DNA from: a virus
IMG/VR virus record: IMGVR_UViG_3300027963_004416
Span: 81,708 to 145,707 of that record
Strand: one strand, 5' to 3'
DNA: 64,000 nt
Each line of letters starts with the position of its first letter. The first letter of the stretch is position 1. A model generated the notes under the pieces. It saw only the letters and a program-made list of their open reading frames with translations. It ran no database searches and was not told the DNA's origin. Of the stretch, positions 8,592 through 19,272 are shown piece after piece. The translations under genes were made by a program, and so were the position numbers.

Positions 8592-9031
8592 TTTTTTATA
8601 CCTAGCTCTTTTTCTGTTAGTTTAACAAACTTCCACTTTCTATCTTCGCAGAAAGCAGTAGCAGCTTTCCATTTAGCTTCATTAATACCGTAAGTAACTA
8701 CTTCCCGTATATACCTTCTTGACTTATTGTTCTTTTTTACTTCAGGGGGCCTTGTCTGTGATGCAGGTTTTATTTCTATAACTAAAACCTCTATAGTACC
8801 ATCCATATTTTTCTTCTTCACATAAAAGTCAGGAAAATAGCGATGAATTTTATTATCTACTGGTGATCTATACGGTATGCAGAACTCTTCGCTAGCCCAT
8901 TCTATAATGTTAGGGTGCTTATCTAAATAAAGCATAAACTTTAGCTCGTAAGAACTACGATAAATAATATTAGTAGGATCACCTCTGTACTTCTCTGGGT
9001 GCACGGGCTTAAAATAACCTTTATAACTCAT
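8588..9031 (-). CDS. gp4: Head completion nuclease gp4
   Basis: YKG.FKP.HPEKYRGDPTNIIYRSSYE...WASEE..IPYRSP.D.K.HRYFPDF...IEIKP...NEAKWKAA; ATG at 9031. Confidence 0.95.
   Translation of the reverse strand: MSYKGYFKPVHPEKYRGDPTNIIYRSSYELKFMLYLDKHPNIIEWASEEFCIPYRSPVDNKIHRYFPDFYVKKKNMDGTIEVLVIEIKPASQTRPPEVKKNNKSRRYIREVVTYGINEAKWKAATAFCEDRKWKFVKLTEKELGIKN
8959..8966 (+). promoter_or_regulatory. T4-type late promoter candidate (GATAAATA) for the rightward baseplate operon
   Basis: One mismatch from TATAAATA, about 75 nt upstream of the gp48-like ATG. Confidence 0.4.
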
Positions 9032-9036
9032 AAGAG

Positions 9037-9044
9037 TATTTATG
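9037..9044 (-). promoter_or_regulatory. T4-type late promoter candidate (CATAAATA) for the leftward gp4-gp2 operon
   Basis: TATTTATG on the plus strand, 5 nt upstream of the gp4 ATG and overlapping the gp48-like start codon. Confidence 0.55.
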
Positions 9045-10256
9045 GCAGATATCGACACAAACAATTATGTACAGAATGGAAACTTCTACGATCAGTTCAG
9101 GTCAAACGGTGGCCAGTCTACACCCGGGTCTATTGAGTCTTTCAACGGTGATGTTAACAAAGCGTTAAGTACGGTATCAGGTGGTTTTTCTCTTAGCGGG
9201 CTTACTAGTAAGATTTCATCTATTGGTTCAGTTGATACTGTGAATAAATTTCTGTCAGTCTCTAAATTTAAAGATACATTTGGCTCGCCACCTGCAATAC
9301 CTGGCCCTACGCCTGATGAAGTTACAAGCAAGTCTGTCAAACCACCATCGGAACTAGTTTATCCAGAAGATCTAGCTGATTATTTTATTACCTTCAAGTT
9401 CTTTGAGCGCTATCAAAAAAGCCCCATACAGCCGGTTGTTACATTGCCTGAGGTTAATATATCTCTTCCATTACCAGCTAATTTAAAAGAAAATTTTCAG
9501 GCAACATACTCGGAGAAGCAGTTAGGTATATTTGGTATATTAGAAGAAGCAGGTATGCTTAATCCAGAGACCGCCGGTGAATTGTTTAGCGGCAGCAATA
9601 CTAAAGAAGCAATATCTAGTTTTTCAGATAAAGGTGGCGCACTCGCCGATGTACTTACTAAGGGTGGAAATAAAACACAAAATTCTATTCTAGCTGTCAG
9701 GGGTCTTATATCAGGCACTGAAGCCGGGGCAGCTCTAGACCGGGCTACAGGTGCAGTATTTAACCCACATCAGGCTCTGCAGTTTGAAGGTGTCACTTTA
9801 AGAAAGCATAGCTTTAGTTTTAGATTATCACCGTCAAGTGAAAAAGAATCGAGAAAATTAAAGGCCATTTTACTACAGCTTAAAAAGAGAATGCTACCTG
9901 AAAAGACAGGTTTAGCATTAAGGTTTCCTAATCAATGCTCCATAACTATTACTACACCTGCCGGGGAATTTGCAGGGGATAAGCCCTCAATGGGAGGTTA
10001 TGATTCATACATTATAATAAAAAAATGTTACCTAGAATCTATGTCAATTAACTATGCACCTGCAGGTGTACCATCATTCTTCTCAGGCGGTAGGCACCCA
10101 ACAGAAATAGAAGTAGAACTTAATTTTGGTGAGATTGAGCCTGTAGTTCAAAATGACTTTACCGGTGCGTCCGGTCCCGCTCTCTCTTCCAAAGAAATAA
10201 GTGATATAAGAACTGCATCCACAACGAGCCCTACAAATAACAATACAAGCAAATGA
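9042..10256 (+). CDS. gp48: Baseplate tail-tube cap, gp48-like
   Basis: L.YPEDL...ISLPLPANL...Y....LG...GAVFNPHQALQFEGVTLRKHSFSFRLSP.SEKES...CYLESMSINYAP...LNFGEIE. Confidence 0.85.
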   Translation: MADIDTNNYVQNGNFYDQFRSNGGQSTPGSIESFNGDVNKALSTVSGGFSLSGLTSKISSIGSVDTVNKFLSVSKFKDTFGSPPAIPGPTPDEVTSKSVKPPSELVYPEDLADYFITFKFFERYQKSPIQPVVTLPEVNISLPLPANLKENFQATYSEKQLGIFGILEEAGMLNPETAGELFSGSNTKEAISSFSDKGGALADVLTKGGNKTQNSILAVRGLISGTEAGAALDRATGAVFNPHQALQFEGVTLRKHSFSFRLSPSSEKESRKLKAILLQLKKRMLPEKTGLALRFPNQCSITITTPAGEFAGDKPSMGGYDSYIIIKKCYLESMSINYAPAGVPSFFSGGRHPTEIEVELNFGEIEPVVQNDFTGASGPALSSKEISDIRTASTTSPTNNNTSK

Positions 10257-11128
10257 TTAATTTATTCGATAAATTTCCTAAAGTATCTTATGGCAATAAT
10301 ATTGCAATTAATATACTTACTTCAATAAAATTTAATGATATTGCAAAGAGAAATAATTTTGTCTTCTATCCCTACGTAGTTCAAGAAGGGGAGAGAGCAG
10401 ATATAATATCTGCAAATTATTACGATGATGCAAAATATTCTTGGGTAATATATGCCGCCAATGATATTATAGATCCCTTTTATGATTGGCCGTTAAGTGA
10501 GAATGATTTTAAAACGTTTATTATTAAGAAGTATAGTTCTGCACAAGCAGCTATAGAAAAAATAGTATACTATACAACAAATTGGGAAGATGATGATAGC
10601 ATGCTATCTACGTCAGCATATCAAGCACTACCTGCAAGTCTAAAAAAATACTGGCAACCAATTGCAGGTATCAACAACAATATAGTTTCCTATGAAAGAA
10701 AACCGCTTTCATTAATTAAAGAAACTAACAAAACGATTTATATTAATGTTGGTAATTCTAGTATTTTTAAATTAGAAGATAAAATACTTCAATCAAACAG
10801 TACTTTAATAAGCACCGGCTTCGTCAAGAGTATCTCAGGTAATACAATATCGGTTCAACATATAGAAGGTTTATTTAATTCAACGTCAAATGTATCTCTT
10901 TTCACAGACATAAACTCTAATACATCTGTTAGTGAGGTGATTAATTACATTGAAGATAGCTCTGGTAATTATATTAATTTAAATATACCAGATAACGAGC
11001 TTGTTTACTGGAAACAAGTTAGTGCATATGATAGTGAAATAGAATTTAATAACTCAAAAAAAACTATTAAACTGCTTGATAAAGTATACCTTGATCAAGT
11101 AGAAAAAGAACTTAAAGAGCTGCTGTAA
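10253..11128 (+). CDS. gp53: Baseplate wedge protein gp53
   Basis: FDKFPKVSY...YVVQEGERADIISANYYDD...WVI..AN.IIDPFYDWPLS...KKY...SAYD.E...N..K..IKLL. Confidence 0.9.
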   Translation: MINLFDKFPKVSYGNNIAINILTSIKFNDIAKRNNFVFYPYVVQEGERADIISANYYDDAKYSWVIYAANDIIDPFYDWPLSENDFKTFIIKKYSSAQAAIEKIVYYTTNWEDDDSMLSTSAYQALPASLKKYWQPIAGINNNIVSYERKPLSLIKETNKTIYINVGNSSIFKLEDKILQSNSTLISTGFVKSISGNTISVQHIEGLFNSTSNVSLFTDINSNTSVSEVINYIEDSSGNYINLNIPDNELVYWKQVSAYDSEIEFNNSKKTIKLLDKVYLDQVEKELKELL

Positions 11129-12378
11129 TGGAGAAGTTTGATCTAGGCGACGTAAAGATACTGTCAGTAAAAATAATTCACTTCGACGGTACTACTACTG
11201 TTGATATAAGGCAGCAGATAGGGTCAATTTCAATCTATGAAGATCTTCAACAACCTACAGTATATGCAGAAATTTTAGTAAATGATGCAGTAAATCTAGT
11301 AAAAGACTTTCCAATAATAGGCAACGAAACTATTGAAATAAGTTTTAAAACTCCTACTAGAGATGATTTTGCAACTTATAAACTTAAAGTATATACGGTT
11401 GAAGGTCAAGGTACAAGAAACTCCGGGCAAGCCACCGCCTACGTGCTGAAGGCAGTATCAGAAGAGCATTTTAAAAATACAGATTTTAATATTACATCAT
11501 CATATAAAGATACTATCGACAATATGGTATATGATATGATAAAGAATCAACTAAAAACAGATAAGCCGCTCTTTATAGAAAAAACGAGAGGTCTTAATTC
11601 TATATCATTTGCACGCGACACTCCCTTTGCATGTATTGATCTTCTTAGAAAAAGAGCTATTAACTTTACTCCATTTGGTGGTGTGTTTTACTTTTTTGAA
11701 AATCAATATGGGTTTCATTTTAAGTCGGTAGATAAGATGATTGAAGAAGGTAAAAAGACTATTCAATCTAAAGAGTTCTATTATGAGCCTACAGTCAGCA
11801 CAGATAAAATTAGATCAGCTTATCAATTTAGAAACTTAATTAGGTTTGAGCATTTAAAAAAAGCAGATACAGCTTTAGATCAGATATCCGGGATGTTTAG
11901 TAATAAAGTCTCTTCTTTTGATATTTTCACTAAAAGCTTTTCAGAAACTAAGTTTAATTTAAGTGAGCAGAAAAGAAATATAACAACTGGCCAGCAAGGA
12001 AAAACTGAACTACCATATGATGCAAAATTTATGAACAATAAAAGTAATGCAAATCAGCTTAATTTGTTTGTACCCTCAGATACAGAGAGAGGTAATGACT
12101 ATATTAAAGACTTACTAGGACATAAGCATTCGCTTTTGCAAATACTTAATTTAAACATAGTTAGAGGTATGATTTACGGCGATAATATTATATGTGTAGG
12201 AGATATGATTAAGCTTAATTTACCTGACACTTCAAGCTTTAATGAAAAAGAAAAATATGACTCTAGATTTTCAGGTAACTACATTATTCAGAAATTAAGG
12301 CATTTAATAATACCGGAAGATAATAGATTTAAATATTACATTGCATTTGATGCTAACAAAATAGGAATTACAGGATGA
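11128..12378 (+). CDS. Baseplate hub protein (gp27/GpD-like)
   Basis: ISIYED...DAVNLV..FPIIGNE, FYFFENQYGFHFKS, GD...VGDMI.L, SG.YII..LRH; lies between gp53 and gp5. Confidence 0.7.
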   Translation: MEKFDLGDVKILSVKIIHFDGTTTVDIRQQIGSISIYEDLQQPTVYAEILVNDAVNLVKDFPIIGNETIEISFKTPTRDDFATYKLKVYTVEGQGTRNSGQATAYVLKAVSEEHFKNTDFNITSSYKDTIDNMVYDMIKNQLKTDKPLFIEKTRGLNSISFARDTPFACIDLLRKRAINFTPFGGVFYFFENQYGFHFKSVDKMIEEGKKTIQSKEFYYEPTVSTDKIRSAYQFRNLIRFEHLKKADTALDQISGMFSNKVSSFDIFTKSFSETKFNLSEQKRNITTGQQGKTELPYDAKFMNNKSNANQLNLFVPSDTERGNDYIKDLLGHKHSLLQILNLNIVRGMIYGDNIICVGDMIKLNLPDTSSFNEKEKYDSRFSGNYIIQKLRHLIIPEDNRFKYYIAFDANKIGITG

Positions 12379-13079
12379 CATCGCGACTATTAGGGCAAGA
12401 AGGATTTAGATGGTTTATAGGGGTAGTAGAGGATAGAGAGGACCCTAAAAAATTAGGAAGAGTAAAGGTAAGAGCTTTAAATACATATTCTGACAGTAAA
12501 GCATCTGCTCCTACTGAATCCCTGCCTTGGGCTACAGTAATGCAACCTGTAAACAGCGCTGCTTATAACAAAATAGGTATTTCACCTACTGGTATATTAG
12601 TAGGTTCAACAGTTGTAGGGTTTTTCATGGATGTTAATGAATGCAATTATCCAGTTATTCTAGGGACTATTGCAGGTATACCTGGCAATGATATTAACAA
12701 TCATGATGTACCTTATGAGGCAAGAGAAATAAATAAAATTATTAAGTCGCCAATAGGACCTGAGCCTGAATCTCCTTACGGTACCAAATATCCATATAAT
12801 AAAGTAATTAGAACAGAGAGCGGCCATGTAATAGAAGTTGATGATACTCCAGACAACGAAAGAATCCACATATATCATAAATCCGGCACCTATTCAGAAA
12901 TTAACAATGAAGGTAGAAAGACAGATAAAGTCGTTGGAGATCATATAGAAGTAGTACTAAAAGATAATACGGTGCTGGTAAAGGGGAATGTTAATATACT
13001 AGTAGAAGGCACTTATACAGTAGAATCTAAAGGTAATATGAAGTTTATAGCCCCTAGAATAGACTTAAATCCTAACTAA
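12375..13079 (+). CDS. gp5: Baseplate hub spike gp5 (OB-fold plus beta-helix, no lysozyme domain)
   Basis: WFIGVVEDREDP..LGRVKVR...LPWA...VVGFF.D...P.ILGT; YPYNKV..TESGHVIEVDDTP..ERIH.YHKSGT; only 234 aa. Confidence 0.92.
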   Translation: MTSRLLGQEGFRWFIGVVEDREDPKKLGRVKVRALNTYSDSKASAPTESLPWATVMQPVNSAAYNKIGISPTGILVGSTVVGFFMDVNECNYPVILGTIAGIPGNDINNHDVPYEAREINKIIKSPIGPEPESPYGTKYPYNKVIRTESGHVIEVDDTPDNERIHIYHKSGTYSEINNEGRKTDKVVGDHIEVVLKDNTVLVKGNVNILVEGTYTVESKGNMKFIAPRIDLNPN

Positions 13080-13080
13080 T

Positions 13081-13374
13081 ATGACTAATCCGGTTCATCG
13101 AGATACAGACTCAAGAGTGTGTGGAGCTACTACTACGAGTCAGCAAGGTAAGCAGGTATATGTCAATAATCTCCTATGGGCTATAGACGGGGACCCTAAT
13201 TCACACGGAGGAGGGTCTTTAATAGCTGCTACTAATAGTGTCTATATTGGAGGAGTTGCAGTTGTTAATACCGGTGATCATGCATCTGCCGACTCTCTTT
13301 GCGTCCCAGTAGGGCCCCCGCATTGTGATCCTGTAGCTTCACAAGGGTCATTAAACGTATTTGTAGGAGATTAA
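13081..13374 (+). CDS. gp5.4: PAAR-like spike tip protein gp5.4
   Basis: VHR.TD...CGA.T...VYVN...GD..SH...VYIGG...H.DP...GS.NVFVG; follows gp5. Confidence 0.8.
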   Translation: MTNPVHRDTDSRVCGATTTSQQGKQVYVNNLLWAIDGDPNSHGGGSLIAATNSVYIGGVAVVNTGDHASADSLCVPVGPPHCDPVASQGSLNVFVGD

Positions 13375-13375
13375 A

Positions 13376-13804
13376 ATGGCGTTAGTTAAACAGACTAATA
13401 GAACAAAAAGCACAGTAGTACAAGAAGTAAAGTATTCAGATTTTACTAATAATATTCAGTCATTTTATGGTTCTAATGACGTAGCTCTAATTAAAAATGA
13501 AGATGCAGTTTCAAACTCTATTAGAAACTTACTTCTTCTTAATAGAGGAGAAAGATTCTTTGCTCCCGAAATAGGAAGCAATATTAAAGCCCTTTTATTT
13601 GAAAACATTACACCTATCACAACAAGCGCGCTTAAAAGTTACATTATTGAAACTATAGATAATTTTGAACCTAGAGCAAAATTAATAGATGTAATAGTAG
13701 ATGCTTCACCAGATGAAAACTCCTACTCAGTTACTGTGTATTTTTCTACCATAAATAAAACTGAACCTACAGTTATTGAACTATTACTTAACAGGATAAG
13801 GTAA
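13376..13804 (+). CDS. gp25: Baseplate wedge/sheath initiator gp25
   Basis: YSDF...NEDAV..SIRNL....GERFF.P..GS.I..LLFE...I.NFEPR. Confidence 0.93.
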   Translation: MALVKQTNRTKSTVVQEVKYSDFTNNIQSFYGSNDVALIKNEDAVSNSIRNLLLLNRGERFFAPEIGSNIKALLFENITPITTSALKSYIIETIDNFEPRAKLIDVIVDASPDENSYSVTVYFSTINKTEPTVIELLLNRIR

Positions 13805-15591
13805 TGGCAAACACTAGTATTAACCTAGTGTCTTTAGATTTTGAAAAAATCAAAGACAACTTAAAACAATACCTTCAGAGAAGTGATTCTCCGTTCAAGG
13901 ACTATCTGTACGAAGGTTCAAACATTTCACAGCTTGTAGATCTACTTGCGTATAATGCATATCTACAATCCTTTTATACCAATATGGTTGCTTCTGAAAT
14001 GTTCCTTGACTCGGCTCAACTAAGGGATAGCGTTGTCTCGCATGCTAAAGAGCTAGCTTATGTGCCCAGATCTTTTAGATCTGCTGTAGCCGAAATATCT
14101 TTTGTTGTAACACCAACTATCACTTTAGGTGCTCTCCTTATACCAAAGGGTACTACTTTTACATCAAAAGTAGGTAGTAATACTTTTTCTTTTGCTACAG
14201 AAGAAAATATAGTTGTACCTGCCAATACTGATGGGAAGTTTTATTCAAATATTAGCATTTACGAAGGTATTTACACATCAGACTCATTTGTAGTGGATAA
14301 TTCTAATACGGCTCAAAGATTTGTTTTATCAAATCCTACCATTGATACTAGAAGTATCACAGTGTCAGTAGCGGAGAATAATGGAGCTAATATTTATTCT
14401 TGCACTAGAGCGGCCTCTTTTCTAGGGCTAAGTTCAAATTCTGAAGTTTATTTTTTACAAGCAGCGGAAAACTCTCAATATGAGATTCTGTTCGGTGATA
14501 ATATTATTAGTAAAAGGCCTTCTACCGGGGCTATAGTTATAGTTGAATATAGGGTCAGTAATGGTCAGCTACCTAATGGTGCCTCATCATTTACTATCGA
14601 CGGACCTATACAAGGACAGTCAAATACAAGTGATATAAAGACTGTAGCTGAAGCTGTAGGAGGAGATGTTAATGAGAGCATTGAATCGATTAAGCTTAAT
14701 GCTCCTAGATACTACCAAAATCAAGAAAGAGCTGTTACAGCTTCAGATTATGAAAGTCTTTTAAAGACTAATTTTCCTGAAGTAACAGCTGTGTCTGCGT
14801 TTGGAGGTGAGGAAGCAATAGTACCTCAATACGGTAAAGTGTACGTGGCCGTAGACCTAGAAGGATATAACGGTATCCCTGATTCAATGAAAAAAAGATA
14901 CTATGACTTTTTAAAGCAGCGTTCGCCCCTCAGCATAGATCCTATAATTATACAACCTAAATTTTTAAAAATTGAGTGCTATACAAGAGTAAGATATAAC
15001 ATAAACAAAACTTCCCTTAAGTCAAGTGATATTAGGAGTATTGTTACTTCAGCTATTAGCAGTTATAATAAAAATTATCTATCCGGGTTCAAGAAGACAC
15101 TTAGATTTAGTAGATTAGTTAGTGATATTGATAACTCTCACTCAAGTATTATTAGTAATGATACCTATTTAAGAACCTTTCTAGATTTTTCACCTGACCC
15201 GGTAATTGAAGAGAATTTTACTTTGGAATTTGATATTCCGCTCAGTACATTTAATAATATGACATCAGAACACTTAAGTGCGGAATATTATTCAATTACT
15301 TCATCTCCATTCACCTATAAAAATAAAGAATGCTTCCTAGAAGATGATGCTGAGGGTACTTTGCGTATTGTAGTAAATGTTAATGGGGCCCATGAAGTAG
15401 TAAAGAATGTAGGTACTGTAGATTATAAAAATGGCATCGTCAATATAGTTAATTTTAATGCATCATACCTAGGTAGTAGTATTCGAGTTTATGCAGATAC
15501 CACTACCAGAGACATCACATCTAATAAAAATACAATTATCTTAATAGATGATGCTGATATACAAGTCGTAGTAGAACAGGTTAAAGAATAA
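13804..15591 (+). CDS. gp6: Baseplate wedge subunit gp6
   Basis: LDFEKIK.NLK.YL...DY.YEGSN...LVDLLAYN...EMFLDSAQLRDSVVSHAK.L.Y.P.S; ESIESIK.NAP..Y..Q.RAVT..DY; P.YGKVY; G.VDY..G. Confidence 0.95.
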   Translation: MANTSINLVSLDFEKIKDNLKQYLQRSDSPFKDYLYEGSNISQLVDLLAYNAYLQSFYTNMVASEMFLDSAQLRDSVVSHAKELAYVPRSFRSAVAEISFVVTPTITLGALLIPKGTTFTSKVGSNTFSFATEENIVVPANTDGKFYSNISIYEGIYTSDSFVVDNSNTAQRFVLSNPTIDTRSITVSVAENNGANIYSCTRAASFLGLSSNSEVYFLQAAENSQYEILFGDNIISKRPSTGAIVIVEYRVSNGQLPNGASSFTIDGPIQGQSNTSDIKTVAEAVGGDVNESIESIKLNAPRYYQNQERAVTASDYESLLKTNFPEVTAVSAFGGEEAIVPQYGKVYVAVDLEGYNGIPDSMKKRYYDFLKQRSPLSIDPIIIQPKFLKIECYTRVRYNINKTSLKSSDIRSIVTSAISSYNKNYLSGFKKTLRFSRLVSDIDNSHSSIISNDTYLRTFLDFSPDPVIEENFTLEFDIPLSTFNNMTSEHLSAEYYSITSSPFTYKNKECFLEDDAEGTLRIVVNVNGAHEVVKNVGTVDYKNGIVNIVNFNASYLGSSIRVYADTTTRDITSNKNTIILIDDADIQVVVEQVKE

Positions 15592-18500
15592 TGAGAGATA
15601 TTGAAAACTCTATTAGCAACTTTGTAGAGCTGCAGTTTCCTGAATTTTACAGAGAGGAAGGTCCGCTTTTCGTATTATTTGCTAAAGAATACTTTACGTT
15701 TCTTGAAACCTGTTATACATATGCCGAGTTAGAAGTTGACACAGGATTTAATATAGGAGATACAGTATCTCAAGGCGGGGCTACAGGCTCAATCGAAGCT
15801 AAGAGTGGTAAATTTATTTTAATAAGAAATACAAGCTCGGAAGGATTTAAGTGTAAGTTAAAGTGTCAAGAATTAATTTATATTTTAAGTTCTTCAGGTA
15901 GCCAAACATATATTGAATCTCTCTCCTCACCTAGCGTTTACTATCACTCAAGAAATCTTTTTGACTATAGAGATATTGATAAAACCGCTGATTATTTTTT
16001 AGTTTACTTTAAGGAAAAATATCTTAAAGGTATACAGTTTAATACTAATACTAGTAAAAGAAATCTTATAAAAGCAGCCTTCGACCTATTCAGAGCAAAA
16101 GGCACTGAGCGCTCTATAGACCTATTATTTAAATTAGTATTTGGAACCAAAGCGGAAGTATATTATCCGGGAGATGATATCCTGCGGCCCTCTGGCGGCA
16201 AGTGGAAGCTACCTGTATATCTTGAAGTATCCCGCAGTTCACGCACAACAAGCTATACAGGTAAACTTATCTCAGGATCTAAGTCTGGAGCTGAAGGGTT
16301 TGTAGAATCAATAATTACTAGAAATGTCAAAGGTAAATTAATTGACATTCTATACCTTAGCAATGCTAAAGGACCCTTTGTAGCAGGTGATATTATTACT
16401 GAGAATGGAATAATAGAAAATGCGCCAGTTCACCTAGGGTCTTTAAATTCTATTACTATTACTCAAGGCGGTAGCTTATTCGTAGTTGGTGAGATAGTCA
16501 ATATAGTAAGCGCTAGCGGTATATCTGGTAAAGCAATAGTTAATTCTATTTCTTCTGAGACAGGAATAGTGAGGTTTACTTTAGTAGATGGAGGGTGGGG
16601 ATATAGTGTTAATGCCACCTCTATCGTGTCAACGAAAGTTCTAGAATATTCTAATTACTATAATAGTAATACCTCTGTAACTGCATTTACCGACCATGAA
16701 ACTGTAGAGCAGAACCTGCATAGCTTAGGAATAACTGAGGTAGTAGGCCTATTGGAGGTTAAAGATTTTATTAATAATCCTAGCGGGGCAAATTCTGTTG
16801 TAGTACAGTCAGATCATGTGCTTAACTCCAATAGCGCAACTATAATTGTTAATACTCTAGCAAATAATATTTTAGCAAATGGTAATCTTAAAATACCTAA
16901 AAAGCAACTTTTAGTTGTTAATACTAGTATTTTTTACCCGGTTGGTTCAGTCGTAAATCAATCTAATGGCACCTCGCTACTTACAAAAGCAGTAGTAAAT
17001 GCAGTATCTAATGTAGCCGTACTTACTATAAATGCCACTCCTGTTATATCAGGAGTAGGTTTTCATATAGGTCAATTTATTACCCAGAACGGGACGGGAG
17101 CCAACGGCATCGTCGTTGCTGTACCATATACAAGCTATTACGGGTTTACAAATGTTACTCATGTCGTATTAAGAGGGGTAGGCGGTACATTTAATAATAC
17201 CGGGACATTAAACGTTTATCCGAGCGCAGCTAATCTTACTTTAGTATCTACTGCTACTCCAAATACCGCTCAACTTGGCTATCAAATACTACTTAATGAT
17301 AGCTCAGTACTCCCATCAGGTAATATACAATGGTTTGCAAATAATCTTATTTCTAATGCAACTATAGGAAATAGTACAATTATAGTATCATCGGATGTTG
17401 GTGGTATAATTTCGACAAATACATCTGTAACTGCGACTGGTAATGTAATTGGATCTAACTCAGGATACTTAGGAATTACTTCAGTTAACAATGCGTTTTA
17501 TTCTGTTAATGGTAACATTATAGTAGGTCGTCAAAGTAATTCAGTAGCAACTATTACTCTTGTTTCAAGCGGATCTGGGGCTAATGTTAGAGTAGGCTCT
17601 ATTACTGATACTGAGTCGGTAAGACTAGCACAGGATTTAATATCTTCTAATAATGTACTTAACGTGCCTTTTTATAATATGATTATTAATGGAGCAAACT
17701 CAGGATATGGATATTTAAGCGGTGTGCTTATTTTATACTCAGGCAGCTCATATTCAAATGCGGATGTAGTTACTTTTACTGGAGGAACCTATTCAGGATT
17801 TAGAGCAGGTAATGCTAGTATAGTAACTAATAGCAGCGGCGGTATTACTTCTGTAGTATTAGCTTCTAATGTTGGTAGTGGGTATAGCTCTTCACCTTCA
17901 GCTAACGTGGCTACTTCTACAGGCTCCGGAGCCATACTTTATCCATTATTCCCGCTAGGGTTTGTTAAAACTCCGGCTGGAGATCTTATAAATGATACTT
18001 TATTAAATATTTTTAGATTTCAAGATTATACTATTGGTAGTATTGCAACTTTAGCCGGTATCAACCCTGGTGAGAATTATAATTTGGCTCCCTTTATAAG
18101 AATAACGGAACCTGCAGTAGCGAGTCTCGGCAAAGAAGATGTTGTATTAAATGTTACTAATGTTAATAAATCATTTATAGTCGGTGAAAATATTAGACAG
18201 AGTGTAGTATTGTCCGGCAATACTATAACATCTAACAATCTAGTAGGCAACTCAAGTTATGCAAACGGTGAATTAGTTTATAGCACTAATGGTATCAGGC
18301 GTATAGCAGAAGGCACTATTGATACTATAACATCCTCCACTCCTAATTCTGTTATAAATGTATTGAACGTTATTGGTCAATTTAGCAATACAGTTACAGC
18401 TAGCAAGCTCACAGTAAGCTCCAACTCGTTGTTTAGTCCCGGTGATTTAATAAGACAAGGCACCGGAGGATCTCAGGCAAACGGTATATTAGTAACTTCT

Positions 18501-19271
18501 AATAATACTACGCTAATAGTAAAAAGTGTAAGCGGCACTTTTGCTGCTAACGCAACGGCCGTGACAAGTAGTAGTACTGGTAGTACAACTATATCGGCCG
18601 CAAATAATTCATTTAGCATTTATCAGCTTACAGGTAGTACCTCCAACTGCACATCCAATATACTTAACACTACTGTCTATACCTCTATTAAGACCGCTAA
18701 AGGTATAGTTAGATCTATTAATGGCAACTTTATTACTGTCAGGAGAAAAAGCCTATTCACAGAATTTGAAGTTTCATCTAGTAATACTCTTTATGGGATA
18801 ACATCGTATGCAAATGCCTCGGTGATTTCTGTTACGGGTGATGCGACTTCAAATGATGCAGGGGATAATGCTATAGTTTCTGCTAATGTAATAACGGCTA
18901 ACGGTAGTATTTCAGAACTTACTATATTTGATAGCGGGCTGGGATATCTAAATCAAGAAACCGTAGATATGGTCTCTTCTGCTACCGGCATTGAAGCTAC
19001 CGGTAAGGCAAATGTTATTAATCAGGGTACAGGCGAAGGATATTTTGAAACCAGTGATGGTTTCTTAAGCGATAATAAATTTATTCATGATGGAGTATAC
19101 TATCAAGAATATTCTTATGAGGTACAGAGTGAAATTCCATTAGATAAATATTCAGATATTCTAAAACAAATACTTCACGTAGCCGGTACTAATTTATTTG
19201 GTAAGGTACTAACTAGCTCTTATATTAATACTCCTGTCTCTGTTACCAATTCAAGTATAACTATAGTTTAA
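15591..19271 (+). CDS. gp7: Baseplate wedge initiator, gp7-like, with a large beta-rich insertion
   Basis: QFPEFYREEGP.FV.F.KEY, KGTERS..LLFKL.FG...YP....LRPS.GKW, C-terminal GFLSD..FIHD..YYQEYSY...HVAG...FG; between gp6 and gp8. Confidence 0.8.
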   Translation: MRDIENSISNFVELQFPEFYREEGPLFVLFAKEYFTFLETCYTYAELEVDTGFNIGDTVSQGGATGSIEAKSGKFILIRNTSSEGFKCKLKCQELIYILSSSGSQTYIESLSSPSVYYHSRNLFDYRDIDKTADYFLVYFKEKYLKGIQFNTNTSKRNLIKAAFDLFRAKGTERSIDLLFKLVFGTKAEVYYPGDDILRPSGGKWKLPVYLEVSRSSRTTSYTGKLISGSKSGAEGFVESIITRNVKGKLIDILYLSNAKGPFVAGDIITENGIIENAPVHLGSLNSITITQGGSLFVVGEIVNIVSASGISGKAIVNSISSETGIVRFTLVDGGWGYSVNATSIVSTKVLEYSNYYNSNTSVTAFTDHETVEQNLHSLGITEVVGLLEVKDFINNPSGANSVVVQSDHVLNSNSATIIVNTLANNILANGNLKIPKKQLLVVNTSIFYPVGSVVNQSNGTSLLTKAVVNAVSNVAVLTINATPVISGVGFHIGQFITQNGTGANGIVVAVPYTSYYGFTNVTHVVLRGVGGTFNNTGTLNVYPSAANLTLVSTATPNTAQLGYQILLNDSSVLPSGNIQWFANNLISNATIGNSTIIVSSDVGGIISTNTSVTATGNVIGSNSGYLGITSVNNAFYSVNGNIIVGRQSNSVATITLVSSGSGANVRVGSITDTESVRLAQDLISSNNVLNVPFYNMIINGANSGYGYLSGVLILYSGSSYSNADVVTFTGGTYSGFRAGNASIVTNSSGGITSVVLASNVGSGYSSSPSANVATSTGSGAILYPLFPLGFVKTPAGDLINDTLLNIFRFQDYTIGSIATLAGINPGENYNLAPFIRITEPAVASLGKEDVVLNVTNVNKSFIVGENIRQSVVLSGNTITSNNLVGNSSYANGELVYSTNGIRRIAEGTIDTITSSTPNSVINVLNVIGQFSNTVTASKLTVSSNSLFSPGDLIRQGTGGSQANGILVTSNNTTLIVKSVSGTFAANATAVTSSSTGSTTISAANNSFSIYQLTGSTSNCTSNILNTTVYTSIKTAKGIVRSINGNFITVRRKSLFTEFEVSSSNTLYGITSYANASVISVTGDATSNDAGDNAIVSANVITANGSISELTIFDSGLGYLNQETVDMVSSATGIEATGKANVINQGTGEGYFETSDGFLSDNKFIHDGVYYQEYSYEVQSEIPLDKYSDILKQILHVAGTNLFGKVLTSSYINTPVSVTNSSITIV

Positions 19272-19272
19272 T

